From positions 9,820 through 73,819 of the forward strand of contig CAZFKZ010000004.1 of assembly GCA_964519035.1 (NCBI GenBank): a stretch of 64,000 nucleotides of DNA, in the 5' to 3' direction. The stretch comes from an uncultured Rhodobacterales bacterium. GTDB lineage: Bacteria > Pseudomonadota > Alphaproteobacteria > Puniceispirillales > Marisalimonadaceae. The translations under genes and the position numbers were made by a program. Every line of letters begins with the position of its first letter. Position 1 is the first letter of the stretch. Under the pieces are notes generated by a model. It worked only from the letters and a program-made list of their open reading frames with translations. It was not told the DNA's origin and did not search any database. Below, one piece after another: positions 20,497 to 30,482 of this stretch.

Positions 20497-21408
20497 TTAT
20501 TGAGTATCAAAAAATGGTTTTCCAAGTGATGCCGGAACAAGATTTTTATTTTTAGTTAATCTTCCTGAAATTATTGTTAAGGCTATGATTGTAGCAATAT
20601 ATGGCATCATTGATAAAACTTGTGATGGAATAGGCCATCCTCTAGCTTGACCCACTAGTTGAGCAATTGTTATGCCACCAAAAATTAAAGCACCAACTAT
20701 TAATCGCCACGGGATCCAAGACGCAAATACAACTAATGCTAATGCTATCCAACCTCTTCCCGCAGTCATTCCTTCAGACCAATGAGGTGTTAAAACCAAT
20801 GGTATGTAAGCCCCTCCTAACCCAGCGCACATTCCACCAAAACAAGTTGCCAACCATCTTATTTTTTTAACACTATAACCTATAGAATGAGCATTATTGT
20901 GATCGTCACCAACAGCTCTTAAAACTATTCCAAGTTTAGAAGAATTTAAGAAGAATGTAATCAAAATTACTATAATAACAGCTAAGTATGCAATTATATC
21001 CTGTTTAAATAAAATATCTCCTATAATAGGAATTTCAGAAAATAAATAAATATCTATTTTAGGTAAAGAAGGTATTGTTTTGCCTACAAGTGGAGCTCCA
21101 GCTAAACCTGAAAAGCCAGTTGCAAAAATAGTTAAACCAAGTCCTGTAGCTACTTGATTTGTCATAAAGTTTATTGCAAAGATTGAAAAAACAGCTGCCA
21201 TTAAAATACCACTGATTCCACCCGCAATGACACCGAAATAAGGATTTTCTAACCATAAAACAGCTCCTAAGGCGCCAACAGCTCCACTAAGCATCATGCC
21301 TTCTACGCCAAGGTTTAAAACACCGCTTTTTTCAGTGATTAGTTCTCCTGAAGCTGCCAATAAAAGTGGTATCGAAGTGGCAATAATAGTCAAAATCAAA
21401 GCGTCCAT
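20497..21408 (-). CDS. ABC transporter permease (BMP/ribose-type, second permease)
   Basis: 303-aa polytopic protein adjacent to a paralogous permease and a duplicated ATPase. Confidence 0.85.
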   Translation of the reverse strand: MDALILTIIATSIPLLLAASGELITEKSGVLNLGVEGMMLSGAVGALGAVLWLENPYFGVIAGGISGILMAAVFSIFAINFMTNQVATGLGLTIFATGFSGLAGAPLVGKTIPSLPKIDIYLFSEIPIIGDILFKQDIIAYLAVIIVILITFFLNSSKLGIVLRAVGDDHNNAHSIGYSVKKIRWLATCFGGMCAGLGGAYIPLVLTPHWSEGMTAGRGWIALALVVFASWIPWRLIVGALIFGGITIAQLVGQARGWPIPSQVLSMMPYIATIIALTIISGRLTKNKNLVPASLGKPFFDTQ

Positions 21409-21411
21409 AGT

Positions 21412-22494
21412 TTATTTATCCTTATGTCCTTTCCAAGCTATTTGGTATTTTTGAAGAGTTTCACCAGTTAGTAAAAAAAATAATAATATTCCTTCAAATA
21501 ATCCTGTTACAACTTTTGGAATTCCAATAGCCATTTGAGCATTATCAGCTCCTAACTTTACTGTAGCAATAATGATACCCGCAAAAATAATTCCTATTGG
21601 ATTTAATCTCCCAAGAAAAGCAACAATAATAGCTGTGAAACCATATCCAAAAGAAATTTCTGGTTGAAGTTGTCCCATATTAGCTGAAACTTCAATCACT
21701 CCAGCAACACCAGCTAATCCACCAGATATTATTAGAACAGTCATTGTAATTTTTTGTTCGTTAAAACCAGCAAACTTTAATGCTCTTGGTGCAGAACCAA
21801 GTACACTTATTTTAAATCCTAATAATGTTTTATTAACTAAAACCCAAGAAATAGGCACAATAATAAAAATCATTAAAACACCATAATGAAGTTGTCCAAG
21901 AAAACCTACGCCAGGAATTAGTATCTTATTAATTAAGGCACCTTCTGGGTAAGGCTTGGTCAAAGGAAAACCAAAACTCATTGGATCTCTGAGAGGACCT
22001 CTCACTATTAAATCTATTAATAACATTGCCACGTAGACTAACATTAAACTGACTAAAATTTCGTTTACGTTTAATTTAGTTTTTAAAATACCAGGAATAA
22101 ATGCCCATAAGGCACCACCTAAAAAACCAAAAATTATCATTATGAAAATTAAGAAGTGACTTTCAGTTTCAGGGAACATTAGACCAAAAGAGCCTGCTAA
22201 AAGTGCTCCAGTAATAAATTGTCCTTCTGCTCCTATATTCCAAATATTTGCCCTAAAACAGAACATTAAACCAGTGGCTATAATTATTAATGGACATGCC
22301 TTAACAAAAATATCGCTAACTCTGTCAACCCTGGAAAAAGGTGAAATAAAGATATGATATAGAGTTTCAACTGGATTATATCCAAGTAGTGAAAATATAA
22401 GTGTCCCTATAATAATAGTTAAAGATATAGATAAAATTGGAGCAATAATCATCCAATTTTTTGAAATTTTATTCCTAGGTGTAAATGTAATCAT
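21412..22494 (-). CDS. ABC transporter permease (BMP/ribose-type, first permease)
   Basis: 360-aa polytopic protein. 1-nt overlap with the ATPase gene. Confidence 0.85.
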   Translation of the reverse strand: MITFTPRNKISKNWMIIAPILSISLTIIIGTLIFSLLGYNPVETLYHIFISPFSRVDRVSDIFVKACPLIIIATGLMFCFRANIWNIGAEGQFITGALLAGSFGLMFPETESHFLIFIMIIFGFLGGALWAFIPGILKTKLNVNEILVSLMLVYVAMLLIDLIVRGPLRDPMSFGFPLTKPYPEGALINKILIPGVGFLGQLHYGVLMIFIIVPISWVLVNKTLLGFKISVLGSAPRALKFAGFNEQKITMTVLIISGGLAGVAGVIEVSANMGQLQPEISFGYGFTAIIVAFLGRLNPIGIIFAGIIIATVKLGADNAQMAIGIPKVVTGLFEGILLFFLLTGETLQKYQIAWKGHKDK

Positions 22495-24053
22495 TAATTT
22501 TGCTTAATATTATTTCTATAATTAGAATTAGAGCTCATCAAAAGTCCTATGTCGCTAGCTGAAATATTTTGTATAGGCTTTATCTCACTAAGAGAACCAT
22601 TATTTATTACACATATTTTATCAGATAATTGAAAAATTTCTTCTAAATCTTGGCTTATTAAAACAACTGCTTTACCATCATTAGCAATATTGATTAACTT
22701 TTGTCTTATTGATGTTGCTGCACCAATATCCACACCCCAAGTTGGCTGAGAAAAAATTGCAACACTTGGGTTAGATGCTAATGATCTTCCTAAAATAAAT
22801 TTTTGTAAATTACCTCCAGATAATTGATTTGCCAAAGGATTTGATTCTGGACATCTTACATCATTATCTTCTATAATTTTTTTACTTTCAACCAAGCTAT
22901 CAGTAGGATTTATAAATAACTGAGAAAAAAAATTTCTGTTTTTAAAATATTTATAATAATAAGTTAAAAAAACATTCTCATTTAATTTAAGGCCAGGGAC
23001 TGATGCATGATAATTTCTTTCTTCAGGTATAGTTTCTATTCCTTTTTCTCTTCGTGAGTGAACGTTCATTTTTCCTATTGGTTTATTATTGAATAAAATA
23101 TCATTGTCGTTTTGACAGACTATTTCCCCAGTCAGCATTTGCATTAACTCAACTTGACCATTTCCTGCAATGCCTGCAATGCCAAGTATTTCACCATAAT
23201 TTATCTCTGCAATTATATTATTTAATGAAGTTCCAAAAGGAGTTTGTTTTTCTTTATTCAAACCATTAATTCTTAGGGCAATTTTATTAGTATTATTTTT
23301 CTGATACTCTTTTTTTAACTTAACTATTTCTTTTCCAACCATTATTTCAGCAAGAGCAGTTGTTGTTGTAGATTTGGCTTCAATAGTAGAAATAACATTG
23401 CCAGCTTTTAAAACAGTTACTTGATCAGCCAACTCTATTATTTCTTCTAATTTATGACTTATATATAAAATTGAACAACCTGATTTAGACAGCTTTTTCA
23501 ATATTTTAAATAAGCTAATGATTTCTTGAGGGGTAAGGACAGACGTAGGTTCATCCATAATTAATAATTTAGGATTTTGCATTAAACATCTTATAATTTC
23601 AACTCTCTGTTGTTCACCAACAGATAATTCACTAACTTGTTTAAGGGGATCGATTGATAATTCCCATTTTTGAGAAAGATCAGAAATATCAATTATTAAT
23701 TGTTTAAAACTAACTTTATGATCTAAAGCGATTAATATATTTTCAGCAACATTTAAAGATGGAAACAAAGAAAAATGTTGAAAAACCATGCCTATACCAT
23801 TGCTTCTAGCAGAGTTAGGTGAAGAGATAGTTACTTTTTTATTATTGATCTCTATTATTCCAGAATCGGGTGTTAGTACTCCATAAAATATTTTTACTAG
23901 AGTAGATTTTCCAGCACCATTCTCACCTAATAAAGCGTGTATTTCACCTTTAGAGATAGATAGATCAATTTCATTGTTAGCTTTGAATTCACCAAATTGT
24001 TTACTGATTTTAGAGGCTTTAAAAAGAATCTCTAGCTCTTTTCTTTTCGCCAT
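22494..24053 (-). CDS. ABC transporter ATP-binding protein with two fused ATPase domains
   Basis: 519 aa with Walker A GENGAGKST, signature LSVGEQQRVEI and second-domain signature LSGGNLQKFILGR. Confidence 0.9.
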   Translation of the reverse strand: MAKRKELEILFKASKISKQFGEFKANNEIDLSISKGEIHALLGENGAGKSTLVKIFYGVLTPDSGIIEINNKKVTISSPNSARSNGIGMVFQHFSLFPSLNVAENILIALDHKVSFKQLIIDISDLSQKWELSIDPLKQVSELSVGEQQRVEIIRCLMQNPKLLIMDEPTSVLTPQEIISLFKILKKLSKSGCSILYISHKLEEIIELADQVTVLKAGNVISTIEAKSTTTTALAEIMVGKEIVKLKKEYQKNNTNKIALRINGLNKEKQTPFGTSLNNIIAEINYGEILGIAGIAGNGQVELMQMLTGEIVCQNDNDILFNNKPIGKMNVHSRREKGIETIPEERNYHASVPGLKLNENVFLTYYYKYFKNRNFFSQLFINPTDSLVESKKIIEDNDVRCPESNPLANQLSGGNLQKFILGRSLASNPSVAIFSQPTWGVDIGAATSIRQKLINIANDGKAVVLISQDLEEIFQLSDKICVINNGSLSEIKPIQNISASDIGLLMSSNSNYRNNIKQN

Positions 24054-24101
24054 TAGCTAAAACCTTATTGTCAAAACATAAAACTTAAACTAGATAAAAT
24101 A

Positions 24102-24308
24102 TTACCATTTTTCTCTAGTCACTTGAGTACCTTTTTTATATGTTTTTAAAATAAAAGCCAATAAAATTCCTATAATTGAGAATATTATAAAAATAAATAA
24201 ATTAAATTGAGTTACATGCATATGGACTTGTCCAGGCAAAAAAACAATTATCAAAGATACTATTAAAACAACCCAGTATTTAGCGGGACCTAGAAAAATA
24301 TTATTCAT
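24102..24308 (-). CDS. Small 2-TM membrane protein coupled to the TRAP permease gene
   Basis: 68 aa with two hydrophobic helices (YWVVLIVSLIIVFLPG and LFIFIIFSIIGILLAFIL). ATGA start/stop overlap with the upstream permease. Confidence 0.5.
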   Translation of the reverse strand: MNNIFLGPAKYWVVLIVSLIIVFLPGQVHMHVTQFNLFIFIIFSIIGILLAFILKTYKKGTQVTREKW

Positions 24309-26314
24309 GATTTTACCCTTGATAATTCTTGTTTATTAGGCATGAGATAGAGACTAATTAGAAAAACTAATCCAATTCCATTTATAGCAAAGCCTGAAAA
24401 ACCCATAAAGTTAATTAGTGGAGGTATTAAAAGTAACAAAGATGCAATTAGTGCGATTAATCTCTTTGAAAATGATAATGCTCCTTTAAGCCATCCTTCT
24501 AGTCCAAGTGTCATTGCCCAATAGGCTGCTAAGACAGAAATTAAGCTATATAAGCTAATCAAAATTGGACCTTGTAATAATAGTGAAGGATTATAGACAA
24601 ATGCAAAAGGTACTATGTATTTAGCTATTCCAACTTTACTTGACTCAAAAGCTGTGGCCATGGGGGGTGACTTTGCAATGGCTGCTCCTGCAAAAGATGC
24701 TAATGCCACTGGAGGTGTAATTGACGATACAACTCCAAAATAAAATGCAAACATGTGTGCCGCTACTGGAAGAATACCGGCTTTAACAAGCGATGGAACT
24801 ATCAAAGCTGCAACTGTTATATACACTGCAGTGGTTGTCATACCCATTCCTAGGATAATAGCGGCGACAGCTGTTAAACATAATAGAGGGAATAAGTTTC
24901 CACCTGATAAATCTATAACAGATTGTGTAAATTTTAATCCTAATCCAGACACAAAGACTGAACCTATAATAACACCAGCGCAAGCGCATGCTATAGTAAC
25001 AGGGACAGTTGATTTAATCCCAGCTTCAAAGGCACTTAAAATATCAACTACTGACATTCTAGTTTTAGCTTTTAAAAAACTAAGTAATATTACAGATACA
25101 ATACTCCAAAAACCTGCTGTCATTGCAGTATAGCCTATAATAAGAAGTCCTATTAATACCCCTAAAGATATTAGCATATGCCATCCATCTTTAAGAACTT
25201 CAAAAACATTAGGTAATCGTGACTTATCAATTTTCTCAATACCATGTTTTTCTGCTTCAACATGGACCATGAAATATATAGTAGCAAAATATAAAAAAGC
25301 AGGAATAATTGCTGCTAAAATAACGAAAGAATATGATGACTCTAGAAACTCTGCCATTATAAATGCTGCAGCACCCATAATTGGAGGTGTTATTTGTCCA
25401 CCAGAAGATGCGCAAGCCTCAACCGCTGCAGCAAATCTTGGTCGATAGCCATAATTTTTCATTAAAGGAATGGTAAATGAACCAGTTGTAACAACATTAG
25501 CTACTGCTGATCCATATACTGTTCCCGTCATTCCTGAAGCTACAACAGCGGCTTTAGCGGGGCCACCAACTCTATGACCAGTTAAAGCAACTGCAAGATC
25601 TACAAAAAATCTACCAACACCTGATCTAATCAGAATACTTCCAAAAATAATAAAAAGAACTATATAAGTTGATGCAACATAAAGTGGAATTCCAAAAATA
25701 CCATCAGATGTCATAAAAAGAGTATCAATAAACTTGTTGAAGCGTGTAGGCGGGCCATAAAAAAAACCAAAAAATTTATCTGCATATAATGCGTGTATTA
25801 CAAAAAAGCCTGCCACAAAAACCATCGCCCAACCCACGGTTCTTCTAGTTGCATCAAATAATAGTATCATAAAAATGGCCCCAACTAATATATCGCCAGG
25901 GTCTTTATCACCATATCTAAGGTTGAAAGCTTCAATATCCCAAATAGTCCAAGCTTGAACAAATAGAATTAAGATTATAATTGCTATGTCAGTTATAAAA
26001 CCGCCCATTCTAAGATAATTATCTTTAGAGCCAGGAATTAATATTTTCTCTTTGATACTTGACCTAAACAGAGGTTTAAAAAATATTGCCAAAACCATCA
26101 TTACTGAAAGATGAACTGATCTAAAAGATCTACCTTCTGGAGTTCCATAAACAGCAACATAAAGATGATATAAAGCTAAACTTATGGATAACCATGAGCA
26201 TACAACTATTATCCAGTAAGTGAGTGACTTATCTTTATTCCATAAAAGCAACTCGTCTAAAAAACTATATTCTTTTATCTCATTATATTCTAATTTTTTT
26301 AAATTATTGCTCAT
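24305..26314 (-). CDS. TRAP transporter fused permease (4TM/12TM fusion, TAXI-type)
   Basis: About 669-aa polytopic protein immediately downstream of a TAXI receptor gene. Start set at ATG 26314 (MSNNLKKLEY...), because the track GTG extension to 26350 runs into the intergenic hairpin. Confidence 0.85.
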   Translation of the reverse strand: MSNNLKKLEYNEIKEYSFLDELLLWNKDKSLTYWIIVVCSWLSISLALYHLYVAVYGTPEGRSFRSVHLSVMMVLAIFFKPLFRSSIKEKILIPGSKDNYLRMGGFITDIAIIILILFVQAWTIWDIEAFNLRYGDKDPGDILVGAIFMILLFDATRRTVGWAMVFVAGFFVIHALYADKFFGFFYGPPTRFNKFIDTLFMTSDGIFGIPLYVASTYIVLFIIFGSILIRSGVGRFFVDLAVALTGHRVGGPAKAAVVASGMTGTVYGSAVANVVTTGSFTIPLMKNYGYRPRFAAAVEACASSGGQITPPIMGAAAFIMAEFLESSYSFVILAAIIPAFLYFATIYFMVHVEAEKHGIEKIDKSRLPNVFEVLKDGWHMLISLGVLIGLLIIGYTAMTAGFWSIVSVILLSFLKAKTRMSVVDILSAFEAGIKSTVPVTIACACAGVIIGSVFVSGLGLKFTQSVIDLSGGNLFPLLCLTAVAAIILGMGMTTTAVYITVAALIVPSLVKAGILPVAAHMFAFYFGVVSSITPPVALASFAGAAIAKSPPMATAFESSKVGIAKYIVPFAFVYNPSLLLQGPILISLYSLISVLAAYWAMTLGLEGWLKGALSFSKRLIALIASLLLLIPPLINFMGFSGFAINGIGLVFLISLYLMPNKQELSRVKS

Positions 26315-26341
26315 TTTTTTCTCATTGATGTCATTAAAATA

Positions 26342-26370
26342 AAAGGGCACGTTTAAACCACGTGCCCTTT
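26342..26370 (-). terminator. Intercistronic hairpin / partial intrinsic terminator between the TAXI receptor and permease genes
   Basis: Perfect 11-bp stem AAAGGGCACGT / ACGTGCCCTTT with a 7-nt loop. On the coding (minus) strand it is followed by TATTTTAAT. The G/C-rich core stands out in AT-rich DNA. Confidence 0.6.
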
Positions 26371-26388
26371 ATAAAAGTTAAGTTAATT

Positions 26389-27348
26389 TTACTTAATTAA
26401 ACCTTTTTCTTTATAGTATTTAGCTGCACCAGGATGAATTGGTACTGCTGCACCATTTAAAGCATCAGCAAATTTAACTTTTTTCCAAATTGATTTAACT
26501 TCAGCAAAAGTACCATGATTATCCCAGAAAACTTTAGTCATCTTATAAACCATTTCGTCTGAAAGATCCTTATTTACAATCATAGATGTCACAATTCCCA
26601 AAGATGGAACATCTTTATCTAATGATTTATATGCACTAGCTGGAATGTTTCCATAAATATAACCAGGGTTATTCTTTACCAAGTTATCAATTCTATTTTT
26701 AGGTAACCCGATAAATCTAATTCCAGGACTATTCTCAAGTTCAATAAAGCTTGCTTGTGGAACAGAAGTAGCTGCCATAAACACGTCAGCTTGTCCATCT
26801 TTCATAAGAGCAACTGATTCTTTGTAACTTACCATATGCACTACACCACCATTTTTTTTAACGGTATTGAAGTCAAACCCATATTCTTTGAAAATTGATT
26901 CGCAAAATGCGGTTCCAGTCCATTTTGGTTTACCTGGGCTAATGTTAGCACCTTTCATATCTTCAAATGTTTTGATTTTTGAATCAGCTCTGACAGCTAC
27001 TTGAAAAGTTGCAGGATATAAAGTTGCAAAATAACGAATATTTTTTTGCGCTTTTTTAAACTTACCCTTACCTGCATATCCGTTGGCAACAGTGTGAGCA
27101 TAACTCCAACCTATTTCAGCATCACCACCACTAACTGAAAGAACATTTGAAATTCCGCCGCCAGACGTATTTGAAGTAGCAGTTCCTTTTATTTCAGCTT
27201 GCATAGTTTGCATTATTTTTGCACCAAGGGGATACCATGATCCTCCAGCTGGACCAGAAACCATTCTAAGGAATGTGTCGGCGTTAGCCATTGTAGACGT
27301 TGCTATTATCGAAGAAGCAACAAGTATTACGCTTGAAATTCGTTTCAT
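26389..27348 (-). CDS. TAXI-family TRAP transporter solute receptor
   Basis: 319 aa with signal peptide MKRISSVILVASSIIATSTMANA, then GPAGGSWYPLGAKI and SGGGISNVLSVSGGDAEIGWS, typical of TAXI receptors. Confidence 0.85.
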   Translation of the reverse strand: MKRISSVILVASSIIATSTMANADTFLRMVSGPAGGSWYPLGAKIMQTMQAEIKGTATSNTSGGGISNVLSVSGGDAEIGWSYAHTVANGYAGKGKFKKAQKNIRYFATLYPATFQVAVRADSKIKTFEDMKGANISPGKPKWTGTAFCESIFKEYGFDFNTVKKNGGVVHMVSYKESVALMKDGQADVFMAATSVPQASFIELENSPGIRFIGLPKNRIDNLVKNNPGYIYGNIPASAYKSLDKDVPSLGIVTSMIVNKDLSDEMVYKMTKVFWDNHGTFAEVKSIWKKVKFADALNGAAVPIHPGAAKYYKEKGLIK

Positions 27349-27563
27349 TAAAAACCCCCGTTTTGTTAAATTATTAAATTAGTTAGTTATTATCACAGTT
27401 TATTTGATAAAAGGTCAAGTTTTGTTGTATTATTTTAAATATTATTTCAAATAATAAAAGTATAGAAGTCATGAATGCTATATTAACAATTTTATGTTAA
27501 ACAAGTTAAATATATATATTGTTTTAAAGTGTTAATATTAAATCTTAATTGGAGTAAATTGTT

Positions 27564-28502
27564 GTGGAAATAAAAAAAGTTAAAATTACAGAAGTTGGAC
27601 CTCGCGATGGATTTCAATCTGAAAAAACAGTTTTAAAAACGGAAGATAAAATTAATATCATTAATGATTTAATAGATTCAGGATTCCCACGTATAGAAGT
27701 TTCTTCATTTGTCTCTCCAAAAGCAATTCCCCAATTAGCTGATGCTGAGATGATACTTAATAACGTTAAAAGAAGTACTAATACTACTTTAGCTGCATTA
27801 GTTCCAAATGCTAGAGGGGCACTTAGAGCGGTTGAAGCAAATTTAGATGAAATTGTGGTTTTTTTGTCAGCATCTGAAAGCCATAACACAAAAAATGTAA
27901 ACAGAACTGTAAAAGACTCACTAGCTGGATTTAAAGACATAGCAGACATAGCTGGAAAAAATAATATTCCAATCCAAGGAGATATTGCCACCGCATTTGG
28001 ATGTCCTTTTGAAGGAAATGTTTCTTCCAAAAGATTAGTTGAAATTTCAAAAGAATATAAACAAATGGGTTTTAAAGGAGTTACCTTAGGCGACACAACT
28101 GGAATGGCAACTCCTCCAGTAGTAACCGAAGCTGTTGATTCAATTAGACAAGCTTTGCCAGATTTTAATATTACACTGCATTTTCACAATACAAGAGGTA
28201 TTGGTTTAGCTAACGTAATGTCTGCTTTAAATTTAGGTATAACAGATTATGAAAGTTGTTTTGGTGGAATGGGAGGTTGTCCTTTTGCGCCAAATGCGAC
28301 TGGTAATATTTGTTCAGAAGATTTAATTTATTTGTTACATGAAATGGGTATTGAAACAGGTATTGATTTAGATAAATTAATTTCAATTGCGCAAAATGTA
28401 GAAAATTTAGTAGGTCATAAGTTGCCCGGTCAAGTAATGAGAGCTGGGCATAGATTATTATCCTATTCAATGGATGAAGTTCCTACAGCTGTTGGTGCTT
28501 AA
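27564..28502 (+). CDS. HMG-CoA lyase-like (DRE-TIM) acyl-CoA lyase
   Basis: 312 aa with EVGPRDGFQSE, HFHNTRGIGLANV and GGMGGCPFAPNATGNICSEDLIYLL. GTG start after GGAG. Confidence 0.85.
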   Translation: MEIKKVKITEVGPRDGFQSEKTVLKTEDKINIINDLIDSGFPRIEVSSFVSPKAIPQLADAEMILNNVKRSTNTTLAALVPNARGALRAVEANLDEIVVFLSASESHNTKNVNRTVKDSLAGFKDIADIAGKNNIPIQGDIATAFGCPFEGNVSSKRLVEISKEYKQMGFKGVTLGDTTGMATPPVVTEAVDSIRQALPDFNITLHFHNTRGIGLANVMSALNLGITDYESCFGGMGGCPFAPNATGNICSEDLIYLLHEMGIETGIDLDKLISIAQNVENLVGHKLPGQVMRAGHRLLSYSMDEVPTAVGA

Positions 28503-29663
28503 ATGGAAAAAGATAATACTAATGGAGCACTTTCAGGTATCAAAGTAATTGATCTTACAAGAGTACTTTCAGGCCCATTTTGTACTATGTTGTTAGCTGA
28601 TATGGGAGCTGAGGTTATTAAAATCGAACCTCCAAAAGGTGACAATGTAAGAAATCAAGGAGATATGGTTGACGGTTACAGCTCATACTTTGCTCAGTTT
28701 AATAGAAATAAAAAATCCGTAATTTTAGATTTATACAAAGAAGCTGATAAAGATATTCTTAAATTATTATTGAGTGATGCAGATGTTGTTGTAGAAAATT
28801 TTAAAGCTGGGGTTTTTGCTAAAATGGGTTTTGATGACCAAGTCTTAAAATCTATAAATCCAAGACTAATTAGTGCTTCTGTAAATGGTTTTGGTAGTAA
28901 AGGTGAGATGAGTGAAAGGCCTGCTTTTGATTTTATTGCACAGGCTTTAAGTGGTTTTATGTCTTTAAATGGAACAGAAGGCAGTGGACCAATGCGTTCT
29001 GCCATACCTATATCTGATTTAGTAGCAGGACTATATTGTTCTTTTGGTATTGTGTGTGCTTTACACTCAAGAGTAAAAAGCAATAAAGGTCAAAAAGTTG
29101 AATCAAGTTTAACGTCTGGATTAATTTCGATGATGGCTTATTTATCGTCAGAAAGTTTTGTAAATGGCATAGCTCCAAAAAAATCAGGTAATAATCATCC
29201 TATTTTAGCACCCTATGGTTTATTTAAATCATCAGACGGAGAGGTGGCTGTGGCCCCGGCAAGTAACAAATTTTGTAGTATATTTTTGGAATGTATTGGA
29301 TTAACAGATTTATTAAATCAGGAAATTTATAAAAATAACGAAAATAGGATGAAAAATAGATTAACTTTAAATGATATAATTAACAAAAAAATGATAAAGG
29401 AAACATCTGATTATTGGATTAAAAAATTAAATGACTCTGGTTGTCCTGCTGCTAAAGTAGCATCTCTTCCAGAAGCTCTTAATAGTCAATTGATTAAAGA
29501 CACTGAAATGGTGATAAGCTCATCAGGTCCTGAAGGAAGAAAAATTAAAATGACAGGATTTCCAGTGAAATTATCTGAAACACCCGCTCAACTATATAGA
29601 TCTCCTCCATTACTAGGTGAGCATACAGACGAAGTTCTAAAGGCATTAAAAAATAATAATTAA
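28503..29663 (+). CDS. Family III (CaiB/BaiF) CoA-transferase
   Basis: 386 aa with LSGIKVIDLTRVLSGPFCTMLLADMGAEVIKIEPP and the Asp-containing PISDLVAG segment. Starts 1 nt after the lyase stop. Confidence 0.85.
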   Translation: MEKDNTNGALSGIKVIDLTRVLSGPFCTMLLADMGAEVIKIEPPKGDNVRNQGDMVDGYSSYFAQFNRNKKSVILDLYKEADKDILKLLLSDADVVVENFKAGVFAKMGFDDQVLKSINPRLISASVNGFGSKGEMSERPAFDFIAQALSGFMSLNGTEGSGPMRSAIPISDLVAGLYCSFGIVCALHSRVKSNKGQKVESSLTSGLISMMAYLSSESFVNGIAPKKSGNNHPILAPYGLFKSSDGEVAVAPASNKFCSIFLECIGLTDLLNQEIYKNNENRMKNRLTLNDIINKKMIKETSDYWIKKLNDSGCPAAKVASLPEALNSQLIKDTEMVISSSGPEGRKIKMTGFPVKLSETPAQLYRSPPLLGEHTDEVLKALKNNN

Positions 29664-29675
29664 ACGAGGGTTATA

Positions 29676-30467
29676 ATGGAATTAAAAACAATAAATTTTA
29701 AAATAGAAAATGACATAGCATTTATTGAATTAAATAGGCCTGATCATTATAATTCGTTAAATCAAGATATGGCAGAAGATTTATTCAAGGTATCGTTAGA
29801 ATGTGATGATAATACAAATATAAGGTCAGTGCTATTAACTGGAGTTGGTGATAAAGCTTTTTGTGCAGGTGGTGATTTAAATTCATTTAATAAATACGGT
29901 GATAAAATTTCTAGCCATTTAAAAGAAGTTACAACTATTCTTCACGGAGCGATTTCAAGATTATCAAGAATGAATGCTCCTCTGGTGGTCGCTGTCAATG
30001 GTGTTGCTGCTGGTGCGGGATTCTCTTTTGTAGGTTTTGCAGATATTGCAATTGCATCAACAAACGCTACATTTGTATCAGCCTATTCTAAAGCAGGTTT
30101 AACACCAGACGGGTCTTCTACCTATTTTCTTCCAAGAATTATTGGTAGTAGAAGATATACTGAATTAGTTCTAACTAATAGAGTTTTAAGTGCAGACGAA
30201 GCTTTAGATTGGGGGCTTATAAATAAAGTTGTAGACTTTAAAGATTTACAAACCGAAGCTCTTATACTAGCTAAAAAGTTTGCTGAAGGTCCTACTTTAG
30301 CTTATGGCAAAATAAAAAATTTAGTACATAATAGTTTTATAGATTCATTAGAGGGACAAATGGAATTTGAAGCTAGAATGATTGCGGAATCAGCTAAAAC
30401 TAAAGACGGAATTAAAGGTGTGGATGGTTTTGTAAATAAAAAGTCAGTCTCTTTTACAGGTGAATAA
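29676..30467 (+). CDS. Enoyl-CoA hydratase/isomerase (crotonase) family
   Basis: 263 aa with LTGVGDKAFCAGGDL and VAVNGVAAGAGFSF oxyanion-hole motifs. Confidence 0.85.
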   Translation: MELKTINFKIENDIAFIELNRPDHYNSLNQDMAEDLFKVSLECDDNTNIRSVLLTGVGDKAFCAGGDLNSFNKYGDKISSHLKEVTTILHGAISRLSRMNAPLVVAVNGVAAGAGFSFVGFADIAIASTNATFVSAYSKAGLTPDGSSTYFLPRIIGSRRYTELVLTNRVLSADEALDWGLINKVVDFKDLQTEALILAKKFAEGPTLAYGKIKNLVHNSFIDSLEGQMEFEARMIAESAKTKDGIKGVDGFVNKKSVSFTGE

Positions 30468-30482
30468 AAATTAAGGACGTAA

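Noticed and set aside
26315-26350. GTG-initiated 12-codon N-terminal extension of the TRAP permease (MPFYFNDINEKK).
   Set aside because: The GTG lies inside the 11-bp stem of the intercistronic hairpin. ATG 26314 gives a normal N-terminus.
27440-27456. 17-bp palindrome TATTATTT-C-AAATAATA in the TAXI/lyase divergent spacer, as a possible operator.
   Set aside because: The arms are entirely A/T in a very AT-rich spacer and no regulator gene is adjacent, so it is likely chance.
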